Below the pieces are notes generated by a model. The model was given only the letters and a program-made list of their open reading frames with translations. It was not told where the DNA came from and searched no databases. A DNA stretch of 64,000 nt, from the NCBI GenBank assembly GCA_965237955.1, contig OZ250169.1:7968001-8032000 (forward strand), given 5' to 3'. Origin of the DNA: Candidatus Marinacidobacterales bacterium. Its GTDB lineage: Bacteria > Acidobacteriota > Vicinamibacteria > Marinacidobacterales > SMYC01. Shown here piece by piece: positions 1 to 10,662 of the stretch (position 1 is the stretch's first letter; each line of letters starts with the position of its first letter). The position numbers and the translations under genes were made by a program.

Positions 1-914
1 CCACGCTAGTTCTGTCATCCGGAACGAACCGGGAAACGAGACTCCTTCCCGACAGCGGAACAACGCCGCCCCATGTCGCTGAAAGGACATTCGGAAGTGA
101 GCGCACACGCTCGAGGACCTCGCGATAAAAGACCAACGCTCTCATCTTGTCGTATCGTGCCGACATCAAGTTGAAATCTACAGACAAAATCAGCACCTTG
201 GCCGTGCGAAATCCGTAGTCTACCCCGTACGCCTTTTCTAGCGTCCTACCGAAGAGACTGGCGCCGCTTAGTAAGCCCACGCACAGCGCTACTTGAGACA
301 TCAACAGAAGACTCTGGACCCGCGAACGGGAGGGGCCAGCACTGGAGCGAGGGCCGTCCCCATGGAGATTCGTTGTTAGGTAGCGTTGCGAGCCAACCAG
401 TACCGTGCCTAACCCAAATAACAGAGCGGTCACGAAGGTCAGCATAGAGGCAAACCCGATAACGCGGCGATCGAGCTGTAGTTCGAAATGCACTGGCATG
501 CCAGAGAGGTCGAAAGGCTGTTCCGCCCAAGAAAACAATGGGAGTATCTCCAAGAGGCCCATCACCCATGTAGCAATCGGAACGCTAATAAGCAAGCCTA
601 GAGCATAGAGAAACAGGCTCTCCGTGAACAACAGGCGAACGATTTTCGTCCGGCTGGACCCTAGGGCGTATCGGACGGTTAACTCCGTTTGTCTTCGGAG
701 GGTTCGAATGGACTGCAGGGTCGCAACATTTGAGCACGCGATGAACGATACCAGAAGAGCGATTCCGAAAAGGATCGCCCCGTAGGACATCACCGGTGCT
801 CTGTCGTCTGGCCGTAGGCGATCCTCCGACAACGGGCGCATTTGAATGCTCCACCCCTGATTCGTCTGCGGATATGCAAGTGCGAGCTGTTTTGCGTGCG
901 TTTCCACCGCAACT
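1..914 (-). pseudogene. Internal fragment of an ADOP-type (Acidobacterial duplicated orphan permease, MacB/FtsX-like) ABC permease, 5' end cut by IS, runs off window
   Basis: Manual minus-strand translation gives LLVSFIACSNVATLQ..ELTVRYALGSSRTKIVRLLFTESL..SQVALCVGLLSGASLFGRTL, typical ADOP motifs; absent from ORF track because it lacks a stop in the window. Confidence 0.75.
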
Positions 915-1999
915 GGCGTTGTTGCACGGCCCGGAGCAAATCGCTGACCTCCCTGTGCCGGTTGCAGAGTCACCCGGCGCAGTACGTATCGGGCATCCCG
1001 AGCGCAGCCATCTTGTTGAGTATCTCGCACCCAATTCGGTGTTCAACTCGTTGCCTCGCCAACGTTCGAGCCCGCATCTCCGGCCCGATGATCGCCTTGT
1101 AACGATAGACCGCGTTCTCCACCATGCTTCGCTTGGTGTAGCCTGAGAGCTTGTACCATTCACGTCGGCCGTGTCTTTCGATTGCACGAATATGGCGATC
1201 GCGCTCCTGCATGGCGGTGTTCGAATTCTGACTGAGCGTCGCGTTTCGTTGCGGCGGAATCACCACGCGCGTCCTTCGTCCAGGACTGTGCGCTTCGATG
1301 GCTTCGTAGACCGCTTCCTTGTCGTATGCACTGTCCGCCGCCACCGACACTAGAGGTGCTTGAATCTGTGTTAGCAAAGCGGGGACTCGGGTTGCGTCGC
1401 GAGCTCGTGACGCCGTCAGTTCGGACGCAACAATGTTCCCTGTCTCGCGATCAACGGCGATGTGCAACTTGCGCCATGCGCGCTGCTTTGGCGGTTTGCG
1501 AGCGTTTCCAACATGAATCCTCAAGCCCGTGCTATCGATCATCAGGTGGATGGGTTGAGTGCTCGCGGCTTTCGGAATCCGCAGCTTCTTGCGGAGCAAC
1601 CTCGAGCGCCGACACAACGTCGAGTAGTCCGGGATCTCGATACCGAGCCCGAGAAGCGAGGCGATCGAGTGCAAGAAGCCTTCGGTTTGTCGGTAGGCGA
1701 GCTTGTACACCATCCGGACAACCAGGCCCGTTTCAATCGCCATGTCTGAATAGACCCGTTGACCGCCAGGCTTACCGGTCTTGTCAGCCTTCCAGTTCGC
1801 GATTGCCTCCTCGTCAAACCAGACTGTCAAATCGCCCCGGCGGCGCAGCCCTTCGTTGTATTCCGCCCAGTTGCGAACGTGGTACTTCTTCTGCTTCGCG
1901 TGCTTGTACTGGCAGCGCTTGGGATACTTCATGCTCGAACATACCTCGGCCACCACCATAGGCGGATTTCGCTCTCAGCCAGAGCGGTGCAACAACGCC
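915..1999 (-). mobile_element. IS5-family IS903-group element 'A', copy 1 (1085 bp; transposase 970..1959)
   Basis: Terminal IRs GGCGTTGTTGCAC/GTGCAACAACGCC; transposase motifs NWAEYNEGLRRRGDLTVW, IDSTG, WRKLH, D-AYD; no TSD. Confidence 0.95.
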
Positions 2000-2316
2000 G
2001 CCCAATGGCCGAACTGATGGCCGCCATAGCAGGTCGCGTGCGGGTCCATTCCGTCCAACACCCGATTCCCCGAAAAAACATGGATGAAGTCCTCTGAACG
2101 GCACGTCTCGGGCGAGAGCCCGAGCTCTTCGGCGACTTCCGAGGCGAAAGCGACCAGCTCCGGAGCACGGACTTTGGCGGGCCAAACACGGGAAAAGCAC
2201 GCGCCCAAGACTTGGCGCGGTCGATTCGTCTCGTCGGGATCGGCCGGGAGCTCCCGGGTGAAACGGTTGTCGAAAACGAGCTCGTCCAGAGCCGTCGATT
2301 CCAAAAGGGAGCGCAT
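2000..2316 (-). pseudogene. selO: 5' fragment of protein adenylyltransferase SelO/YdiU, cut by IS
   Basis: FDNRFTRELPAD..YGGHQFGHWA motif, ending exactly at the IS IR. Confidence 0.85.
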
Positions 2317-2356
2317 CCAACATGCTAGCACGCGCCGAATCGCCCGCCGCATCGTC

Positions 2357-2906
2357 GGTGCTTCCGCCATTAAGCGTTGCTACGCGGCTAGAGGTATTCG
2401 TGCAACCGGAGGACGGATCGACGTGGCTGAGCTGCCGAGCCTCGTCTGAGAACCAAACGGTGATGTCGCCACGGCTCCTGAGGCCACGCTCGTACTCCCG
2501 CCAGTTGGTCACGCGATATTCGTCTTGTATTTGCGGTTCACTCGGCTGGACTTGCGCGCGACCATGGGTTCATCTCCTCGATATTCAATGTATCGAGAAG
2601 CTGAGTCGAAGCGGTTACCGGAGTCAAGAGCGATTCGTGCACCAACGCCTCGAAGAGAACGTCTTTCCGCACCCGACGCACCGGTATCGCCGGCGTTTCC
2701 CGGACCTCGTTGTGTAGAAACCGTGGCGGATGATGCTTCCAGAACCCACTTTTCCCAGCAGCGGACATTCGGGGTTGAGACAGCTCAAATTCGTCACTTC
2801 GCATGGGCCTTGTCGACGAGAGAACTCGTTCTCTCGGATCTAGGCTCAAACTCTAGCACGCGAACGGGTTACCGCCTGGCCGCCAACAGTTCATGGCGGA
2901 AGCACC
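2357..2906 (-). mobile_element. Internally deleted IS1-family element
   Basis: IRs GGTGCTTCCGCCAT at both ends (IS1-like); InsA-type zinc ribbon remnant GSIIRHGFYTTRSGKRRRYRCVGCGKTFS at about 2650-2750. Confidence 0.65.
2430..2649 (-). mobile_element. Left-end remnant of a third IS903-group element nested in the IS1-like element
   Basis: IR GGCGTTGGTGCACG; N-terminus ..VTNWREYERGLRSRGDITVWFS; inner boundary approximate. Confidence 0.75.
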
Positions 2907-3346
2907 CTGATTTCGTGGGCGGACGCGTTTTGATGAGGCACAGCGTGACTACGGGTCCGTCCCGTTTAATAATAATGATGAGCCACAGGCAAGCCTGCCC
3001 TCAGAAAGGCGCTGATGTAGGATCGGCGGAAGTTTATGCTAGAGCGAACGACACCGAGCTTCGGGCAGGCGCAGAAACGCCCTCCAAAGCACGAACGCGA
3101 GAGCACGGCGGGGCCCGCGTGCGAGCAGGAAGCGAAAGACGCCTCTGACCTACGCTCGGCCTTGGTACAGTGGGAAGACGAAGGGGGCAGCTGGCTTCCT
3201 CTTACTGAACCGTGATCTCGGTCCGCCGAATTGGCGCGCCGGGCGTTGAGCTGGTGCGGTTCGGCGTTGGATTCGAGAAGCCGCGGTAACCGTTACTTGC
3301 GCGTTTGCGTCATGCCTGGCCGTTCGAGAGCCTCGTATCGGTTTAT

Positions 3347-3787
3347 CTATGGAGTTGAAGGGGACTGAGCGATGGAACTGTAGTCGCGGGAGTTCTTGAT
3401 GCGTGCGAGCGTCTCCAACAAGTTCCTTGTCGACTCGAATGGCCAGTCGTGGCCCTGCCCCATTTCGCGTGCCCGCGCCCCGAGAGCACCCATGAAGCGG
3501 TGGAACTTACGAACAGCTGACAGCGTGTCGAGTCCCGTGAATCGACATAGCCGCTCCTCGAAAAGGACGTCGATGGCATGGAGAAAGCGGATATCGTCTG
3601 GGAGGGAAAGGCTTGCGGGGTCGTTCAAGCGTTGTCGTTGGCCGACGGTGGGCGCATCTGTGCGCTCGCAGTTAATGAAGATCCGGACGACGTCACGACC
3701 CGGAGTTACGTTTCGGCGGGCCGCGTATCCAATAAATCCCAAGCGTTCTACCTCGCAGGACTCTCTACGACTACCCACGGCGCTCAA
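3347..3787 (-). CDS. Hypothetical protein
   Basis: 146-aa ORF with protein-like composition, no recognised motif; start uncertain. Confidence 0.3.
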   Translation of the reverse strand: MSAVGSRRESCEVERLGFIGYAARRNVTPGRDVVRIFINCERTDAPTVGQRQRLNDPASLSLPDDIRFLHAIDVLFEERLCRFTGLDTLSAVRKFHRFMGALGARAREMGQGHDWPFESTRNLLETLARIKNSRDYSSIAQSPSTP

Positions 3788-3844
3788 TTCGCCTTTTCAC
3801 GTTTCGGAATCCGCTCCGAGGCGCCTCAGGAAAACCTTCATTTC

Positions 3845-4106
3845 GGAGGTGCCCCCACCATAGTTGAAGGTTCGAGGTGGTGGCGGCTCCTGACACATGG
3901 TTTACCCGACTTTGGCGTGCTTGTCGAGCGCTTGATTCTCAGTGACCTCCGCTAACTTCGCTTCGAGGATCGGTAGCGATTGGTATCCAATGATACGACG
4001 GAAATTTTTCTCCGTGGCGAGCAGAGCCGAAGCGGCCCATCTCAGAACCATCTTGCCATTGCGCCAGCGGGTGACGCGACGGGTACGACCTCGCGCACCG
4101 CTGAAG
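3845..4106 (-). mobile_element. 3' fragment of the IS256-family element seen complete at 45798..47243
   Basis: Near-identical to reverse complement of 46981..47243; IR GGAGGTGCCCCCACCATAGTTGAAGGTT; cut by IS903-A. Confidence 0.9.
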
Positions 4107-5191
4107 GGCGTTGTTGCACGGCCCGGAGCAAATCGCTGACCTCCCTGTGCCGGTTGCAGAGTCACCCGGCGCAGTACGTATCGGGCATCCCGAGCGCAGC
4201 CATCTTGTTGAGTATCTCGCACCCAATTCGGTGTTCAACTCGTTGCCTCGCCAACGTTCGAGCCCGCATCTCCGGCCCGATGATCGCCTTGTAACGATAG
4301 ACCGCGTTCTCCACCATGCTTCGCTTGGTGTAGCCTGAGAGCTTGTACCATTCACGTCGGCCGTGTCTTTCGATTGCACGAATATGGCGATCGCGCTCCT
4401 GCATGGCGGTGTTCGAATTCTGACTGAGCGTCGCGTTTCGTTGCGGCGGAATCACCACGCGCGTCCTTCGTCCAGGACTGTGCGCTTCGATGGCTTCGTA
4501 GACCGCTTCCTTGTCGTATGCACTGTCCGCCGCCACCGACACTAGAGGTGCTTGAATCTGTGTTAGCAAAGCGGGGACTCGGGTTGCGTCGCGAGCTCGT
4601 GACGCCGTCAGTTCGGACGCAACAATGTTCCCTGTCTCGCGATCAACGGCGATGTGCAACTTGCGCCATGCGCGCTGCTTTGGCGGTTTGCGAGCGTTTC
4701 CAACATGAATCCTCAAGCCCGTGCTATCGATCATCAGGTGGATGGGTTGAGTGCTCGCGGCTTTCGGAATCCGCAGCTTCTTGCGGAGCAACCTCGAGCG
4801 CCGACACAACGTCGAGTAGTCCGGGATCTCGATACCGAGTCCGAGAAGCGAGGCGATCGGGTGCAAGAAGCCTTCGGTTTGTCGGTAGGCGAGCTTGTAC
4901 ACCATCCGGACAACCAGGCCCGTTTCAATCGCCATGTCTGAATAGACCCGTTGACCGCCAGGCTTACCGGTCTTGTCGGCCTTCCAGTTCGCGATTGCCT
5001 CCTCGTCAAACCAGACTGTCAAATCGCCCCGGCGGCGCAGCCCTTCGTTGTATTCCGCCCAGTTGCGAACGTGGTACTTCTTCTGCTTCGCGTGCTTGTA
5101 CTGGCAGCGCTTGGGATACTTCATGCTCGAACATACCTCGGCCACCACCATAGGCGGATTTCGCTCTCAGCCAGAGCGGTGCAACAACGCC
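4107..5191 (-). mobile_element. IS903-group element A, copy 2 (transposase 4162..5151)
   Basis: Same IRs and ORF as copy 1; no TSD. Confidence 0.95.
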
Positions 5192-5809
5192 GCACGGGCT
5201 TGAGGATTCATGTTGGAAACGCTCGCAAACCGCCAAAGCAGCGCGCATGGCGCAAGTTGCACATCGCCGTTGATCGCGAGACAGGGAACATTGTTGCGTC
5301 CGAACTGACGGCGTCACGAGCTCGCGACGCAACCCGAGTCCCCGCTTTGCTAACACAGATTCAAGCACCTCTAGTGTCGGTGGCGGCGGACAGTGCATAC
5401 GACAAGGAAGCGGTCTACGAAGCCATCGAAGCGCACAGTCCTGGACGAAGGACGCGCGTGGTGATTCCGCCGCAACGAAACGCGACGCTCAGTCAGAATT
5501 CGAACACCGCCATGCAGGAGCGCGATCGCCATATTCGTGCAATCGAAAGACACGGCCGACGTGAATGGTACAAGCTCTCAGGCTACACCAAGCGAAGCAT
5601 GGTGGAGAACGCGGTCTATCGTTACAAGGCGATCATCGGGCCGGAGATGCGGGCTCGAACGTTGGAGAGGCAACGAGTTGAACACCGAATTGGGTGCGAG
5701 ATACTCAACAAGATGGCTGCGCTCGGGATGCCCGATACGTACTGCGCCGGGTGACTCTGCAACCGGCACAGGGAGGTCAGCGATTTGCTCCGGGCCGTGC
5801 AACAACGCC
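5192..5809 (+). mobile_element. 3' half of IS903-group element A, abutting copy 2
   Basis: Starts mid-transposase (TGLRIHVGNAR) and ends at IR GTGCAACAACGCC. Confidence 0.9.
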
Positions 5810-6563
5810 GGCCGCGGGCGCAGTCGCGTTTCGGGTTCACCCTTTCCCCGATACCGACGCGCTCTTTCATCTCGTTCGCTTCAACGCAGCATTCGTCGCG
5901 GGAATCGGTTCTTTCGAGCTGTGCCGAACTCTCGTGGAACGTGGCCTCGATTCCTCGAAAAAAGAGGGCATTCGTCGGTGGGCCGTGCGTCTCGGGAGTC
6001 GTCCTCTCGCGTTCGCCGTTGTCGTCGTCGTGCTTCTCCCCGAGAGCGCGCCGTTCGTGTGGAGGCCCGCCATGTTCGACCCTCTCTACTACCCGAGCAC
6101 GTACGAATGGGACGAATCGGTGCGGCGTCTCGAGCGTTGGATGCTCGAACAGTCTGACCCGGATACGGTCGTCCTGACCGGAGACGAGACCGGGGAATGG
6201 ATCGCCGCGCTCACCGGCCGACGGGTCGTGACCGGAGTGCGTGTTCTGAGACGCGACGAAGCACGACAACACCGCAGGCGGTTACGCCAGTTGTTCTTGT
6301 CGAGCGAGCCTTCCGAAATGCGCTCGGCGCTCGATGCCCTCGGCGCGGATATTCTCGTGCTCGATCCGGAGCTTCGTGAAGTGTATTGGGAGCTCGACGA
6401 GAGGCTGTTAGAATCAAGCGGTTTGGTCATAAGAGCCCATCAGATCGGTGATCGCTACACGATCTACGTGCGTCGCGTCACCTCGGCTCGAGCCGAGGGT
6501 GATGCATCGATCCACCGCCCACGGTATCAAGACGACGATGGGCTGGCCGGGAACCGGCGTCGC
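5810..6563 (+). pseudogene. 3' fragment of a membrane protein, probably from a glycosylation locus
   Basis: Hydrophobic segment followed by a soluble domain (WIAALTGRRVV..LGADILVLDP); bounded by element ends. Confidence 0.45.
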
Positions 6564-6674
6564 GGTACTTTCGAGTGAACGAACGATTTCGGTCACTCCC
6601 CGATGACCTCCGCCCACGCGCCTCGACGTTCTGATCTTAGCTTCATCTCGCCAACACTTAATGGCGGAAGCACC
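6564..6674. repeat. Fused element ends: GGTACTTTCGAGTGAAC end (also at 50201 and 59623) plus IS1-like right end
   Basis: 6564-6620 matches reverse complement of about 50145-50201; TTAATGGCGGAAGCACC at 6658-6674 matches 2357. Confidence 0.75.
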
Positions 6675-6716
6675 CACTGCGCAATCTATGACTTCGTACC
6701 CGAAACGACCCCCTGA

Positions 6717-7178
6717 TCACAAGGCCTGGCGATACGTGAAGTTCACCGCGGATTCAGGTGCCTTCTTCAGGGCAGCGAGGTACAGCTCCAGGTCCACGGT
6801 GAGCAGAGGCGTTTCGGCGGAGACGACTTCCAGGATCGCAGCGTCGGTCAGTCCAAGTTGGCTGAACGCACTGTTGTGAGAGGCATCCACGCTAGCGACG
6901 ATAATCTCTTGACTGTTCTCAATCAGGCTCCGGAGTACGTTGAAGAACAGGGAACGTTCAGGGTCGTTGTGGTAGGCGAGCAGGTTGGACGCTTCGGTAA
7001 GCGTGTTCGGCGTAACGAACAGTAATTTGTCTCCTATCTCAACCTCGACCAGACGGTCGTAATCGTCCACGGAGAAGCGCTTCAGCCGGCGGTGTTTGTT
7101 AATCAAGTGTCGACTTGTCATGCCCACGACGAGCAGAACGAGCAGGTTCGCGTCGATAACCCATCCAGTCTGGCGCAT
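6717..7178 (-). CDS. PIN-domain protein
   Basis: N-terminal VIDANLL, central LTEASN, C-terminal LGLTDAAIL..LLTVD acidic PIN motifs. Confidence 0.8.
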   Translation of the reverse strand: MRQTGWVIDANLLVLLVVGMTSRHLINKHRRLKRFSVDDYDRLVEVEIGDKLLFVTPNTLTEASNLLAYHNDPERSLFFNVLRSLIENSQEIIVASVDASHNSAFSQLGLTDAAILEVVSAETPLLTVDLELYLAALKKAPESAVNFTYRQAL

Positions 7179-7182
7179 AGGC

Positions 7183-7482
7183 TCAGTCCAGTGAGCGATG
7201 CTTTACTGACTTGACACTACCGTCGCTGTTATTGACATTAACGATCTTGTAGACACGGCGTGCTGTAACCCCGCCAAGGGATGCCGCCATGGACTGAAGT
7301 ACATTCGGTGCAGACCATTTCCGAGTGAAACCAATCGTTATTTTCCAGACGTCCGAGCTGTTATCGAACTCGACCTCTTCAAGCATAGCGTCACTGATCG
7401 GTTCTTCGGCAAAGAGATCGCGAACATATTCCTTGGCGATCCGCGCGGCTTGCTTCACGTCCATTTTTACCAGCCCTTCCAT
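7183..7482 (-). CDS. Small hypothetical protein upstream of the PIN gene (possible partner/antitoxin)
   Basis: 4-nt gap to PIN gene; MDVKQAARIAKEYVRDLF..LEEVEFD. Confidence 0.6.
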   Translation of the reverse strand: MEGLVKMDVKQAARIAKEYVRDLFAEEPISDAMLEEVEFDNSSDVWKITIGFTRKWSAPNVLQSMAASLGGVTARRVYKIVNVNNSDGSVKSVKHRSLD

Positions 7483-7552
7483 TCGTACACGTTACAATGT
7501 TATCTGAATCCTGACGTCCTGTAAACGGTACCTCCCCGGCCGTGTGCACCCT

Positions 7553-7646
7553 TGTGGTCCGCAAAAAGTCTATCCAGTGTTGATTGCGCGTTTTAGACCT
7601 GACATGGTCGGCTGCTTCTGGCCTGTTTTCTTTTTTGCGGATCACA
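7553..7646 (+). mobile_element. 94-bp MITE of the TGT..ACA (IS481-like) family with 5-bp TSD ACCCT
   Basis: Ends TGTGGTCCGCAAAAA / TTTTTGCGGATCACA; ACCCT at 7548-7552 and 7647-7651. Confidence 0.85.
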
Positions 7647-7745
7647 ACCCTTTCGGCGAAGTGGAGGAGCGACGTTCTTTTTCCACGACTTCAGGGACGC
7701 ATCCGCGGGACGGTTGGCCAGCCCCTCGACCGGTTTGCCTGAAAC

Positions 7746-7875
7746 CTAAAGACACGCGCTCTTGAGGATGCGGATGTAGCCGGTCTTGCCGGCGGCGTTG
7801 TCACCGTAGACCACGGTGAGATTTGGCCCGAACTTAAGAGACTGGCTTTCCGCAAGGGCATTCACGTCCCGGTGA
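7746..7875 (-). pseudogene. Short fragment of an SMC/AAA-type ATPase
   Basis: LTVVYGDNAAGKTGYIRILK Walker A; cut by IS. Confidence 0.6.
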
Positions 7876-8960
7876 GGCGTTGTTGCACCGCTCTGGCTGA
7901 GAGCAAAATGCGCCTCTTGTGGTGGCCGAGGTATGTTCGACCATGAAGTATCCCAAGCGCAGCCAGTACAAGCACGCGAAGCAGAAGAAGTACCACGTTC
8001 GCAACTGAGCGGAATACAACGAAGGGCTGCGCCGCCGAGGCGATTTGACGGTCTGGTTTGACGAGGAGGCAATCGCGAACTGGATGGCCGACAAGACCGG
8101 TAAGCCTGGCGGTCAACGGGTCTATTCAGACATGGCTATTGAAACGGGCCTAGTTGTCCGGATGGTGTACAAGCTCGCCTACCGACAAACCGAAGGCTTC
8201 TTGCACTCGATCGCCTCGCTGCTCGGGCTCGGTATCGAGATCCCGGACTACTCGACGTTGTGTCGGCGCTCGAGGTTGCTCCGCAAGAAGCTGCGGATTC
8301 CGAAAGCCGCGAGCACTCAACCCATCCACCTGATGATCGATAGCACGGGCTTGAGGATTCATGTTGGAACCGCCCGCAAACCGCCAAAGCAGCGCGCATG
8401 GCGCAAGTTGCACATCGCCGTTGATCGCGAGACCGGCAACATTGTTGCGTCCGAACTGACGGCGTCACGAGCTCGCGACGCAACCCGAGTCCCCGCTTTG
8501 CTAACACAGATTCAAGCACCTCTAGTGTCGGTGGCGGCGGACAGTGCATTCGACAAGGAAGCGGTCTACGAAGCGATCGAAGCGCACAGCCCTGGACGAA
8601 GGACGCGCGTGGTGATTCCGCCGCAACGAAACGCGACGCTCAATCAGAATTCGAACACCGCCATGCAGGAGCGCGACCGCCATATTCGTGCCATCGAAAG
8701 ACACGGCCGACGTGAATGGTACAAGCTCTCAGGCTGCACCAAGCGAAGCATGGTGGAGAACGCGGTCTATCGTTACAAAGCGATCATCGGGCCCGAGATG
8801 CGGACACGAACGTTGGCGAGGCAACGAGTTGAACACCGAATTGGGTGCGAGATACTCAACAAGATGACCGCGCTCGGGATGCCCGATACGTACTGCGCCG
8901 GGTGACTCTACGACCGGCACAGGGAGGTCAGCGATTTGCTCCGGGCCGTGCAACAACGCC
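7876..8960 (+). mobile_element. IS903-group element A, diverged and inactivated copy 3
   Basis: Same IRs and length; many SNPs; conserved Trp codon TGG changed to TGA near 8005. Confidence 0.93.
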
Positions 8961-10574
8961 GACGAGGTGCCGGAGCGGTGGAACTGGGTCTACCCAATCA
9001 TGATGACACGCAACAAGCATCTCTATGCCGCCTCTCAGCAACTTTGGAGGTCGCTCGATGAAGGGAAGACTTGGGACAAGATCAGCCCGGATCTGACGCG
9101 CGCCGATCAGGAGACGATGGGCCCTTCGGGGGGACCTATTGTTCTAGATCAGGACGGCCCGGAAATCTACGCGACCATTTTCGCCGTCGCTCCGTCGGAG
9201 GTGGACGCGGATACGATCTGGGTCGGCTCAGACGATGGTCTCGTTCACGTCAGCAACGGCGGGGCCGATTGGATCAACGTCACGCCACCTGACATGGCTG
9301 CCAACACGCGAGTCAGCCTGATCGAAGCCTCGCCGCACGACGCTGCAACCGCCTTTGTCGCGGCTAAGCGCAACCAGATGGGAGATCGGGCTCCTCACAT
9401 CTGGAAGACGCACGACTCCGGGAAGACCTGGAAGCGGATCGTCAATGGAATCCGAGCGGACGATTTTGTTCACGCCATTCGGGAAGACCCCCAACGAGCC
9501 GGACTGCTCTACGCCGGGACCGAACATGGCGTGTACGTTTCCTTCGACGAAGGGGATCTCTGGAAGTCGCTTTCCCTAAACTTGCCCGACGTTCAAGTAC
9601 CGGATCTCGTCGTGGAAGGCCGTGATCTCGTCATCGCAACGCATGGGCGTTCTTTTTATGTGTTGGATGACCTCTCACCCCTCAGGCAAATGGCCCCTGG
9701 CCAATCCACTCCTGCCGTTCACCTCTTCAAGCCGTCCGACGCCGTCCGTCGTGCCTATACCGCTAACATCGATTTCTATCTGGAATCCGTGACGGAACCC
9801 ATTCGTCTGGAGGTTCTCGACGGCAAAGGGGCTTTGGTGCGTGAGCTCCGTGTCAGAGGAGCCGACTCCAGAATTCAACCCTCGGCGGGACAGGGCAGTG
9901 GGAGACAACGTGGCGGAGGCTCGGGAGTGAAGGCCGGGCTCAATCGGTTACGTTGGGATCTCCGTTGTCCCGGCGCCACGGTCTTCGAAGGCATGATTCT
10001 CGAAAGCTCAAACCCAAGGAACGGTCCATGGGCCCCGCCGGGACGGTACGCGGTCAAGCTCACGGTGGGCAATCAAAGCTGGACCCAACCGCTCACCGTT
10101 CTCAAAGACCCGCGCCTTGGTCAGGTTACGCAGCAAGATCTGCAAGAGCAATTCACCCTGGCAATGAAAGTTCGAGACCGAGTCAGCGCCGCTAACGAGG
10201 CCGTTATCTTGATTAGGAAGTTGAAGACTCAGATGGATGACGATCGAATTACCGGTGAGCCGGAGCTCCAGAAGCCGCTCGCCGAGCTGAAGAACCGCTT
10301 GAGCCTCGTGGAAGCCGAGCTCTACCAGGTGAAGAATCAGAGTCCGAAGGACAAAATTGCCTTCCCGATCCGGCTCAACGACCGGCTTGCCGGGCTGTTT
10401 GCGCTCGTGCAGGAGGCGGACGGTGCTCCGAACCGGGCTCACTACGAGGTCTTTGAGCAACTTTCATCGGAGCTCGATGGGCACTTGGCCGAGTTGGACC
10501 AGCTCCTTGAAAACGACCTCGCGGCAGTCAACGAGCGGCTGTCTGAAAAACGTCTTCGTCTGGTCACAAAATAG
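8961..10574 (+). pseudogene. 3' part of a VPS10/BNR-repeat glycosyl hydrolase-like protein
   Basis: Asp-box repeats (SLDEGKTW, THDSGKTW, SFDEGDLW) and DLVIATHGRSFY; starts at IS end. Confidence 0.8.
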
Positions 10575-10662
10575 GTCCCGTCCGGCGGAATTCGGTACGC
10601 TTTCCCAGCACGTCGTTGAGCTTGGGTATACAATCGCCCCTACGCAAAGATGGGGGTTGGCG

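Noticed and set aside
10357-10662. N-terminal extension of the S9 peptidase in the ORF track
   Set aside because: It overlaps the upstream gene; the signal peptide begins at ATG 10663.
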